64,000 bases of DNA, from the IMG/VR virus record IMGVR_UViG_3300028797_000156, positions 11,466 through 75,465 of that record. The stretch is one strand, 5' to 3'. The position numbers were made by a program, and so were the translations under genes. A model generated the notes under the pieces. The model was not told the DNA's origin and did not search any database. It was given only the letters and a program-made list of their open reading frames with translations. Source of the stretch: a virus. Its lineage: Duplodnaviria > Caudoviricetes. Positions 48,848 through 57,491 of the stretch are shown piece after piece. Positions within the stretch are counted from its first letter, which is position 1, and each line of letters starts with the position of its first letter.

Positions 48848-48872
48848 TTAACTAAGAAAGGAGAACGCAGTT

Positions 48873-49961
48873 ATGGCTATATCGTTTCAAAGCGGTATCA
48901 GAGAGTACAACGGTGACTTGTCACAGTATACTGGTATGTTAGGTGGTCTCACACCTGACATCCATACTCTCCGATCACTTAACCCAGAAACCACAAACAG
49001 AGTTATTTGTGTAATGTATAGAGGACCATTCTTCCTTATGCACTATTTCTCACCAAAGAATGCATATGATCCGAGATCACCTTTCGGAACATATAAGAAG
49101 ATCATCGAATACTACAACATGGGTATCACTGCAAACATCGGTGATGCACAGCTTGGTACAACACAGCTCCAGGGTGGTTTTGCTGGTAGAACAATTCCGA
49201 TTCCAACAACACAGAATACTCAGCAGGGTCAGCAGCTTACCATCGCAGTTCCTGAACTCGTTGGTAGACCGATGGCTAACATCCACAACATGTGGGTTGA
49301 CGGTATCGCAGACCAGATCACTGGTTTGACAACATACCACGGCCTCGTTGCTGGTTCAGTTGATGAAAGCAATGTACCGCACAGAATCTTCGCTCCTAAC
49401 GAGAATGAATCAAGCATCGCTCTTGAACCATCTCCAGCTTGGGAAGTTGCAGAATTCTTGCTCATTGCTCTTGACAGATCTGGTGCTCGTGTAGAAGCTG
49501 CTATTGCTGCCCTTGGCTGTACTCCAGCTACAAAGGTTGGTAATGACATCTTCAACTCAAACAACCAGGGTCAGTCACAGCTCCAGCAGCTCCAGTTGAC
49601 ATTCAACTGCCAGTTCGTACAGTCAGCTTACATTAATGACCTTGCGTCAAGATATGTTAAGCAGTTTGCTGTATTTGGTAATTCACTCAACTACAATCCA
49701 GGTGCTGGCGACGCATTCTTCAAGGATGCTACATCTACAAAGATCGACCACGCTATGTTCAACAACGGCGAGAGACCATATCTCGATGCTGTACAGTCTG
49801 GACTTGGAAATGCACCAGTTATGTATGCAAATCCGCGTGACGTTCAGCGTGATGCTATCAAGCCACATGCAGTTGACGTTGCAGATCACTCAAGAATCTG
49901 GACAGACAACACTAAGTACAAGGATATTTCAAACCCATACGAGGGTGTTCCGAATATCTGA
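48873..49961 (+). CDS. Tail tube protein
   Basis: Directly after sheath, AAAGGAG RBS; IAVPELVG...HNMWVDGI...EFLLIALD...LTFNC pattern; same codon bias. Confidence 0.75.
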   Translation: MAISFQSGIREYNGDLSQYTGMLGGLTPDIHTLRSLNPETTNRVICVMYRGPFFLMHYFSPKNAYDPRSPFGTYKKIIEYYNMGITANIGDAQLGTTQLQGGFAGRTIPIPTTQNTQQGQQLTIAVPELVGRPMANIHNMWVDGIADQITGLTTYHGLVAGSVDESNVPHRIFAPNENESSIALEPSPAWEVAEFLLIALDRSGARVEAAIAALGCTPATKVGNDIFNSNNQGQSQLQQLQLTFNCQFVQSAYINDLASRYVKQFAVFGNSLNYNPGAGDAFFKDATSTKIDHAMFNNGERPYLDAVQSGLGNAPVMYANPRDVQRDAIKPHAVDVADHSRIWTDNTKYKDISNPYEGVPNI

Positions 49962-50005
49962 TATACCAGTTGTTCATAGATATTACCTCCAAAAAAAGAA
50001 CATGT

Positions 50006-50031
50006 ATCCCAGGGCCATATGGCCCTGGGAT
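50006..50031. terminator. Bidirectional terminator (26-bp palindrome)
   Basis: ATCCCAGGGCCATATGGCCCTGGGAT between convergent genes. Confidence 0.75.
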
Positions 50032-50046
50032 TATGTGTTCCTTTTC

Positions 50047-50436
50047 TCATATCAAACAGAATATTTCATAGATATCGAATCTTTCATATACGAGTTTGGT
50101 ACTTACATATCGTATACCATCGTATGTGAAGAATCCGACACCTACATTTTCCAACTTTTTATCCGTTTTGGTTGCTAACTTCTTTGACAAGATAACACCA
50201 TCTTCCAAAATCGTTGGTTTCTTTGCTGAAGCAACTACATTACGTTCATAATATTTATAATTTGCATTCATCGCTTCATGAACAAGTTCAGAATTATCAA
50301 TTGTATCTATCAAATTCCAATCAAAATCATCACTTAATTCATCAGCTAACGTATCATCTTTAATTTTTACATAATATCGATAGTTCTTTGGTAAATGAGA
50401 GATGATTAGCTCATCGCCAGTTAATGCTTTTGCCAT
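50047..50436 (-). CDS. Hypothetical protein
   Basis: GGAGG RBS; 129 aa. Confidence 0.65.
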   Translation of the reverse strand: MAKALTGDELIISHLPKNYRYYVKIKDDTLADELSDDFDWNLIDTIDNSELVHEAMNANYKYYERNVVASAKKPTILEDGVILSKKLATKTDKKLENVGVGFFTYDGIRYVSTKLVYERFDIYEIFCLI

Positions 50437-50437
50437 T

Positions 50438-51133
50438 TTATACCTCCGAAGGTTTGAATAATAGACTAGTGAACGCCGAAACGTATCCTTTTATGGTAAA
50501 AGGTAGTGGTTCTTTATTGGTTATTTTCTTAAGTTCACTCTGCATATGATCATAAATTTCAGCATCATCTGGAGCTGGTGGATCATCTCGCCATATATCA
50601 TCTTCATCTGCTGAATCACTTGGATCATATGGTGCTTCACCGAAGTTGAAATGCTTATGAACTTGATAATACATCTTATCAGTGTTATCATCAGCTCCAT
50701 TTCTTAACTGATTATCCAAAACTGTACCGAATTCCAGATCGTCAATCAAATCATTTAATGCACGGAAGATTGGAATCTCTGTTAATGAGATAACATCACC
50801 AAAAAGTGAGATATCTGATAACACGGAGCATATATTAGTGGCGATTATCTCGATAAGTTGCTGAGATGATGGAATCGAATAATTATTATTAGTTTCATTA
50901 TCTGATAAAATCCAATATTTTAAGTCAGTTTCATCCATTCTATCAGATATTTTGTCTGGAACGTGTTCAATATCATATGTTTTGACATAATCCATTGCAT
51001 CATAAGTCAAATGAGTGTTGACAAACTTCTGAATCATCGCAATATGTGGTGATGTCACTGTTATTGTGCTATTTTCATGACCTGGAGTATTGAATGTCAA
51101 TACATGAATCAATTCTGGCTCTTGAATTTCCAT
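50438..51133 (-). CDS. Acidic hypothetical protein
   Basis: AGGAGG RBS; 231 aa. Confidence 0.7.
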   Translation of the reverse strand: MEIQEPELIHVLTFNTPGHENSTITVTSPHIAMIQKFVNTHLTYDAMDYVKTYDIEHVPDKISDRMDETDLKYWILSDNETNNNYSIPSSQQLIEIIATNICSVLSDISLFGDVISLTEIPIFRALNDLIDDLEFGTVLDNQLRNGADDNTDKMYYQVHKHFNFGEAPYDPSDSADEDDIWRDDPPAPDDAEIYDHMQSELKKITNKEPLPFTIKGYVSAFTSLLFKPSEV

Positions 51134-51834
51134 GATTTTACCTCCTGAATCGTTAATTGAGCTATAAAAGCGGTTAATTCCAGATTACTGAATTTATATA
51201 CACCATTTCGACCGAATGGATGATAATAATATTCAGGTAATTTGTTCTGAAGATACTGCTTTTGGAACCTTGATATGTATTTTAACACATTTTCATCATA
51301 ATTTTCAATATATTCGAAAACTCGCTTCAAATATACGTTAAAACCCAGTGTATGTTGCTGTACTAACTCCTCTGGAACGTTCTTATAGTCAATATAATTG
51401 TTTTTTATATCGTTTTTATAGAACATTTCTATACCTTTATATCTAATATAAGAATTCCATTCATTTTTCTTACGAAAGTTGACACCTTCTATGTTAGATG
51501 TAATCTTTTTGTTTGTATTTAATATACAAGCATCAGAATGTAATGATAATATGTCATCCTGAGTGAGATTATTGCGTTCTATGAACTTTTTACGCATATT
51601 GCGTATTCCAGCCAATAAGTTTTCAGAAAACATCTTATCTTCTCTCTGGAGTTTACCCATTTTTACTGTTCTTTTCTCTTTTGGCATGAGTTTGAGCTCA
51701 TTTATTACTTCTTGTGGTAACAAACCATCATGTTCACAAACTGAAACGGATGCAGCTTCCATATCGTACTCTTGTACGTGAGCATGGAAGATAAATTGGA
51801 TATTCTCATTATTCCATAACATTTTATCATGCAT
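51109..51834 (-). CDS. Small DNA polymerase palm-like protein
   Basis: QEYDMEAASVSV (motif A-like) and DILSLHSDACIL (motif C-like); GGAGGT RBS supports start 51834. Confidence 0.5.
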   Translation of the reverse strand: MHDKMLWNNENIQFIFHAHVQEYDMEAASVSVCEHDGLLPQEVINELKLMPKEKRTVKMGKLQREDKMFSENLLAGIRNMRKKFIERNNLTQDDILSLHSDACILNTNKKITSNIEGVNFRKKNEWNSYIRYKGIEMFYKNDIKNNYIDYKNVPEELVQQHTLGFNVYLKRVFEYIENYDENVLKYISRFQKQYLQNKLPEYYYHPFGRNGVYKFSNLELTAFIAQLTIQEVKSWKFKSQN

Positions 51835-51877
51835 AATTCTACCTCCATATATTAACACTTTATGTGTTTCATTCAAA

Positions 51878-51898
51878 TAAATAATATATTTATGTAAA
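51878..51898 (-). promoter_or_regulatory. Candidate early phage promoter
   Basis: Plus strand TAAATAATATATTTATGTAAA. Confidence 0.5.
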
Positions 51899-51912
51899 GG
51901 AGATTTTCTATT

Positions 51913-53733
51913 ATGAATACGACATTTAATGATCCATTAGATGAGCTTATCAACAAGCATCGTGCTGCTAATGGCGAAGCCGTTGAAATTCCGATTGAAC
52001 CGGAAACAACAGAAGAACCAAAAGCATTTGCTCCGGCAATTGAACCAGCTGAAAGAGATAAGCCAGAACTCGATATCAATTTCGGTGATGATGATCTCGA
52101 AGCTGAAATTGCTGCAGAAGATGCTGCTCGTGAAGCTGCAAGACGTGAAAAATATGAAGCTATGAAGGCTGCTCAGGCAGAAACAGCTCCACAGCTTAAC
52201 GCATTACCACCTCAGCCACATGATGCAAAGAAACAGGCTGAAGAAGTTGATTTCCAGGCTGATAAACTCGGTCTCGTAACTGGAATGGTTAACCGCGTAG
52301 TTGCTAAGTATAAGCTCTTCACAGGTAGTATTCCGGATGACATCAGAATGAAGGTTATGGGTGAACTCATCGACCTTTATCACAACTACGGCGAAACAAT
52401 CTCTCCAGAATTTGAAGATACAATCATCAATAACTGGATCATGGAGGATGGTACTCCAGCAAGAGATTATATCAATAACGGCATGACAATCGAAATCGAA
52501 AAAGACCCCGATGCTGCTTATGCTAATAAGAAACCTGATCCTAAGACAATGGAACCAATTGTTCCAGAACCAGCTAAGATCACAATCAATGTACCAAAGG
52601 AAGCTGGAGATGTAACAGTTAACATTGACAGTGAGGCTGTACAGGAAATGGCTAACGTAAAGGTTCTCGACGTTATCGTTAACGAGATTTCAGAAAAGGA
52701 TCTCCAGGTAGCTACAGTTATCGAAAACTCACAGATCGAAGACATCATCAAGCCATATGATTCAGGTATAAATGACGTTCCGATCACTCTTCCGGCATCA
52801 GCATACCGTGCTGTTATGAAGTCAATCGCTTGGTTAGACTTCATTAAGCTTGTTGCTCCAACAGCTGGTACTCGTACAGATAACGAACTCAGAAAGTGGT
52901 CTGTAATTTACAACCACCTCAAGAATCCATCAATCGGCAACTTTGCTAACTTTGAAGACTTCCTCAAGCACACTAAGTATCAGGACAGAGAACTTCTTAT
53001 GTGGGGTCTTCTCGTTGCTACAGCTGACGAAGAGGAAAACCTCCAGTTCACATGTTCAAACCCTAAGTGCGAATGCAAGTTCAATGTAAAGTACAAGCCA
53101 CGTGAAATCGTACATGTTGATCCAGAACTTCTTCCAAAGAACTATGATGAAGTGCATAATGCACCAACTGGTCCAGAAGCACTCAGAATTCACAACGAAT
53201 CATCAAATATCATCAAACGTTATAAGCTCCCAGATACCGGCATCATCGTTGATATCAAGGAACCATCTGCATACGACTTCATCAACTATAAGCTCACACT
53301 TATCGATGATCTCTACAAGAGATTCAGACCAGAAGGGGATCTCGCAGAACTCGATATCGAAGATATGTCAATGGCTGAATTCGACTTCTTATCAGCTAAT
53401 GCTCTTTATATCGATGCAATGTCAATCATTGTACCAAATAAGGATCCAAACAAGAAGCCAAATGAATATCGTTATACTCGTTGGGAAGACATCGAAAAGA
53501 TCCTCACAACAGCCCTCTCAACAGATGACTCAGCTGTTCTTCTCAAGATCATTCAGCAGTCAAGAACATCCACATCACCAGTTAAATTCCAGATCGACAA
53601 TATCAACTGCCCACGTTGTAAGCATCACACAGACTATATTCCAATCCCAGATATAGGAAATACATTGCTTTTTCAGGTATCTCGAAGACTGGACAATACG
53701 CAAATAAACTTGAAAGAGATGCAGCAGAACTAA
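51913..53733 (+). CDS. Baseplate hub/tail assembly chaperone, T4 gp26-like C-half with long acidic N-terminus
   Basis: LLVATADEEENLQFTCSNPKCECKF and CPRCKHH Zn sites; AAGGAG RBS. Confidence 0.65.
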   Translation: MNTTFNDPLDELINKHRAANGEAVEIPIEPETTEEPKAFAPAIEPAERDKPELDINFGDDDLEAEIAAEDAAREAARREKYEAMKAAQAETAPQLNALPPQPHDAKKQAEEVDFQADKLGLVTGMVNRVVAKYKLFTGSIPDDIRMKVMGELIDLYHNYGETISPEFEDTIINNWIMEDGTPARDYINNGMTIEIEKDPDAAYANKKPDPKTMEPIVPEPAKITINVPKEAGDVTVNIDSEAVQEMANVKVLDVIVNEISEKDLQVATVIENSQIEDIIKPYDSGINDVPITLPASAYRAVMKSIAWLDFIKLVAPTAGTRTDNELRKWSVIYNHLKNPSIGNFANFEDFLKHTKYQDRELLMWGLLVATADEEENLQFTCSNPKCECKFNVKYKPREIVHVDPELLPKNYDEVHNAPTGPEALRIHNESSNIIKRYKLPDTGIIVDIKEPSAYDFINYKLTLIDDLYKRFRPEGDLAELDIEDMSMAEFDFLSANALYIDAMSIIVPNKDPNKKPNEYRYTRWEDIEKILTTALSTDDSAVLLKIIQQSRTSTSPVKFQIDNINCPRCKHHTDYIPIPDIGNTLLFQVSRRLDNTQINLKEMQQN

Positions 53734-53750
53734 TTGAATATGGACAAATC

Positions 53751-54005
53751 TTGGGGAAGATAATTCCCCTTGAGATCCTGTTCAAGATGCCATTGCCATT
53801 TGTGCACAGGCTTCGAGACATTCGAGTGAAACAATTAAACGAGAAGCACAAGCAAGTACAACAAACCCAACAACAGATAGCAGCAAATCAACCTCAGCCT
53901 CCTCCTAACCAACCGGTTCAGTATCAACAACAACCGAATTATCCTCAAGGAGGCTTTGATGATTTGGATATTGAAGAATTAGCAGATGAGCTCGCAGGAA
54001 TTTAG
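53751..54005 (+). CDS. Small hub/chaperone partner (gp51-like position); possible -1 frameshift extension of the upstream gene
   Basis: Weak TTG start without a strong RBS; frame open back to ~53624 (…KLERDAAELIEYGQILGKIIPLEILFKMP…). Confidence 0.6.
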   Translation: MGKIIPLEILFKMPLPFVHRLRDIRVKQLNEKHKQVQQTQQQIAANQPQPPPNQPVQYQQQPNYPQGGFDDLDIEELADELAGI

Positions 54006-54025
54006 TTCATAAAGGATGTGAGATC

Positions 54026-54145
54026 ATGGATAATATGCAATTAAACGATTTCATATATATCATAATACAATCAGAGGGATTGGATTATTTGGTAGCCAAT
54101 TATATCGCCATTCGTGAGGAGTTTTTTGAAAATAAATCATGTTGA
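54026..54145 (+). CDS. 39-aa small ORF (not in track)
   Basis: AAAGGATGTGA RBS; MDNMQLNDFIYIIIQSEGLDYLVANYIAIREEFFENKSC. Confidence 0.35.
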   Translation: MDNMQLNDFIYIIIQSEGLDYLVANYIAIREEFFENKSC

Positions 54146-54178
54146 TAAATAAATATATTACAGGGAAGAGGTAGAAAA

Positions 54179-55081
54179 ATGTTTAAACTTACAGATGCTC
54201 AAATAAATGAGTTCGCTGCAATCTATAAACAAGCTCAAGCAGCAAGAGCTTTCATAGATATGTACTACAATAATATCAAGATGCTTCATTATATCAAGCC
54301 ATTTTATCTCACTCAAGAGATGTATGATGACTTGTATGATGGATTGTTGGCAGATATTGAACTTGTTTCTTCGCCAATCGACATTGTTATCCCGAATAAC
54401 ACAGAATATCCAAAGGATGAAAACGGCAAACCGATAATTCCTGAGTATTACACAATATGTGTACTTAATGACTGCGTTCCTGAATATGAACGTATCAAAA
54501 AGCGTGTTACTATTGATGATATCAAGAAAACCGTTGAACCATCATCGCCATTGTACATGGCGGTGCTTGAAAACCCTGACAATATACTGAAGATCATAAA
54601 TGATGTATTCAGATTCTGGTGTATCCGTAGATTCTTTGTAAGAATCGAAATGGGTCATCTTGAAGAATTATCAATTCTTACACCAATCATCGAATACGTT
54701 GTTGAAAACGTTACGATGGCAGATCTTAAGAATCATCTCAGATCAAAGAAAATCAAAAGCATGGATAAGATGGCTGATTATATCAAAGAAACCATCTTTT
54801 TACCTGACTTAGGTAGAACGAAGGCTTTCTATAATACAGAAAATCCAATATGCGAAATCTTTGATGCTGAAAATCTTTTACACAGACTGGTTTCTAATAT
54901 AACAATTAAGCCAGACATGTATATTATTACAGGGATATACCACGCGATGTCATTCGCAATGAACGATATTGCTCGTAATATAGAAATATATAACGATCAG
55001 ATCGAACATGGTATAGAAGTTCCAGACATTTCATTATCGAAGTGCGAGGAATATGTAATTGACGTTTTGTCAAAACTTTAA
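54179..55081 (+). CDS. 300-aa hypothetical protein
   Basis: GAGGT RBS; precedes the RNAP beta gene. Confidence 0.75.
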   Translation: MFKLTDAQINEFAAIYKQAQAARAFIDMYYNNIKMLHYIKPFYLTQEMYDDLYDGLLADIELVSSPIDIVIPNNTEYPKDENGKPIIPEYYTICVLNDCVPEYERIKKRVTIDDIKKTVEPSSPLYMAVLENPDNILKIINDVFRFWCIRRFFVRIEMGHLEELSILTPIIEYVVENVTMADLKNHLRSKKIKSMDKMADYIKETIFLPDLGRTKAFYNTENPICEIFDAENLLHRLVSNITIKPDMYIITGIYHAMSFAMNDIARNIEIYNDQIEHGIEVPDISLSKCEEYVIDVLSKL

Positions 55082-55101
55082 TATGACGGAGGGAAATAGG
55101 T

Positions 55102-57411
55102 ATGAAAAAGAAATCACCAAAGGAATCACAGCCAAAGGAAAAGAAGAAGCTTCGTAAAGCTACCACGTTAATGAATAATGTTAATGACATTGAAGAACGT
55201 GCAGCTCAGGTACCTCGCTACTCAATGTTTGGTCCATCAGCAATGACATTTCCGGATAAAATCTCTACAGTTAGATCCGTAATGGCAGCCAGACATATGT
55301 CTCAGCGAGTTGTACTGATAAGTCCAGAGTTTCCGATGATGTACACTGGCGCTGAAAATGAATTTGGTGAACGTTCCTCATGGAACATCAGAGTGGGTAA
55401 TGCTGAAGAGCGAAAGAATGGAGATACTTTCGAATTCATGAAAGCTTTTAAGAAGTTTAAGAATAGTGAACACTCACCAGTTTGCTACATCTTCAGAAAC
55501 ACTCGAACAAACAAATTCAAAGCAATCTTTGTAAGACCAGCGGTAAATCTTACAGAGAAATATGGCTTTGCCATGGATAATAACATCGAACGAACAAATA
55601 CCAAGATCGGTGCCATCTTACCAGCCGACTTTAATGTCTCACAGTCTTCATCATATGTAGATGATAACTACTGTGCAGGACGAAACATAAGAATGGCATT
55701 AGCAGTATTACCAGAACTTACTGAAGACTCTGGTATCATTTCTGATTATGCTGCTGAAATGATGAGGTATAACTTCGTTGATAAGGTAGATGTTGAGCTT
55801 AAGAAGGATGACTTCTTACTCAATAACTATGGATCATCCGATGAAGATTATCAGGCATTCCCACACATTGGAGAAAAGATCAAAAATGGTATGGTTTGCT
55901 CAATTAGAGAAAACTCATTCCTTTCATCAGTATCTGAATCCAGAATACCGCATATACTTGATAAGAACAAGTATTCAAATGGTACAGTAGTAGATATCGA
56001 TATATACTCAAACGTTGACGTTGATAATGAACAGTTTAACTTCTATAAGCGTCAGATTGAAGAGTATTATAACGAGATATATGCTTATGTGCATCCGATA
56101 ATCCAGGATCCAATGCAGAATGATACAGCTCTCATGGATATCTATCAGCAGGCTGAAAAGTACATCAACAATTCAGTTTGGACAACAAAAGAACATATCG
56201 TTGATACCTTCATCCGCTTCTGGGTACTCCAGCCAAAGGATACTCATATCGGACAGAAATTCGTTGGTAGATATGGAAACAAGTTCGTTGTATGTAAGAT
56301 AGTTCCACGTGATCAGATGCCGAAAACAGATGATGGTCGACCGATTGATATGCTTGCAAATGGTTTGGCTATTAATAATAGAATCATTGCATTCGCAACT
56401 TATGAATCTAAGATCACATTCCAGGCAGAACGTATACATCAGCATATATGCAAGATGCATCAGAATGGTGAATCTCACGATAAGATCATGGATATCGTAA
56501 TTGACTTCTTAGATTGCTTTAATAAACGAGAATCTGCAGAAGTTGCTCGCTTATATTCAGAATCACCGAACTCTACATATCGTGATATCATTGAGAATGG
56601 TATCTATGTAATGATTCCACCGCTCGATGAGGTATGTGTTCGTGATGCTTTAATTGAAGCTGACGAAAAGTTCAAGGATATTCTCAAACCGTATAAGGTA
56701 TACACTAAGTTACGTCACAGATGGATCGAACTTGAAGGTGAATATCAGATAGGATACCAGTACACATGGTGTCTTAAGCAGGAACCTTCAAAAGCATTAT
56801 CTGCAATCGCAACAGGTAGATGTACATTATATGATTTACCAGTTAAAACAAAGCAATACAACAAGCACTACAGAAAGTATTCAGATAATCCAGTTAAGTT
56901 TGGTGAATATGATACTCTCAATATGCTTGATGGTGTTGGTGTAAAGGAATTTGCTAAAATTACAACATACTTCCGTGGTTCGCAGTATGAAGAGAATTCA
57001 ATCCTCATGTCACAGCTTGAAGACAAGAAGATCGATCTCGGCAGATATAACAAATTCCCACAATTGGATAACCTCAAGGCAGTTTTGAAGTTACTTGGTT
57101 ACAAGTTCACTCCGGATGCGTACGGAATGAAGTCTATGGGTGCACCAATTGATGAGGAAGAGGAAATTCTGATCAACAACGTTAAGGTTAAAATCAGTAT
57201 TCCTGACCTGACTTACTGCTTACAAATGTATTCGTACTATATGCAGTACGAGACATATCTTAACGGGGTAGTCGACATGACAGATTTCATCGACAATATT
57301 TTGAAGACCGATCTATTCCAGGAATTCATCCCGGATTGGTACGTTGACCATGTAATTAATAAATTCCCTGAGGTGCTCCCGCTCCTGCAGCAGCTTAAGG
57401 AGTATTGCTGA
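55102..57411 (+). CDS. Phage RNA polymerase beta C-terminal subunit
   Basis: AGRNIRMA, TEDSGIIS, GTVVDIDIY, GQKFVGRYGNKFV, MPKTDDGRPIDMLAN, PVKFGEYD. Confidence 0.88.
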   Translation: MKKKSPKESQPKEKKKLRKATTLMNNVNDIEERAAQVPRYSMFGPSAMTFPDKISTVRSVMAARHMSQRVVLISPEFPMMYTGAENEFGERSSWNIRVGNAEERKNGDTFEFMKAFKKFKNSEHSPVCYIFRNTRTNKFKAIFVRPAVNLTEKYGFAMDNNIERTNTKIGAILPADFNVSQSSSYVDDNYCAGRNIRMALAVLPELTEDSGIISDYAAEMMRYNFVDKVDVELKKDDFLLNNYGSSDEDYQAFPHIGEKIKNGMVCSIRENSFLSSVSESRIPHILDKNKYSNGTVVDIDIYSNVDVDNEQFNFYKRQIEEYYNEIYAYVHPIIQDPMQNDTALMDIYQQAEKYINNSVWTTKEHIVDTFIRFWVLQPKDTHIGQKFVGRYGNKFVVCKIVPRDQMPKTDDGRPIDMLANGLAINNRIIAFATYESKITFQAERIHQHICKMHQNGESHDKIMDIVIDFLDCFNKRESAEVARLYSESPNSTYRDIIENGIYVMIPPLDEVCVRDALIEADEKFKDILKPYKVYTKLRHRWIELEGEYQIGYQYTWCLKQEPSKALSAIATGRCTLYDLPVKTKQYNKHYRKYSDNPVKFGEYDTLNMLDGVGVKEFAKITTYFRGSQYEENSILMSQLEDKKIDLGRYNKFPQLDNLKAVLKLLGYKFTPDAYGMKSMGAPIDEEEEILINNVKVKISIPDLTYCLQMYSYYMQYETYLNGVVDMTDFIDNILKTDLFQEFIPDWYVDHVINKFPEVLPLLQQLKEYC

Positions 57412-57428
57412 TTTACAAATACAGGATC

Positions 57429-57449
57429 GGTCGGGGTTTATCCCCGGCC
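57429..57449 (+). terminator. Hairpin after the RNAP beta gene
   Basis: GGTCGGGG-tttat-CCCCGGCC with a downstream T-run. Confidence 0.55.
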
Positions 57450-57491
57450 TTACTGTATTTTTTTTTATTTTTTATAGAAAGGATGGTTGAT

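Noticed and set aside
49636-50178. 180-aa plus-strand ORF and other short ORFs overlapping long genes in alternate frames or antisense
   Set aside because: No RBS, unnatural composition, and shadows of well-supported genes
54044-54055. AACG-N6-TA match before the 300-aa gene
   Set aside because: Lies inside a plausible 39-aa ORF and 120 nt from the next start; may be chance
57405-57491. N-terminal extension of terminase given by the ORF track
   Set aside because: It crosses a hairpin and T-run; the RBS supports a start at 57492 (or 57483)
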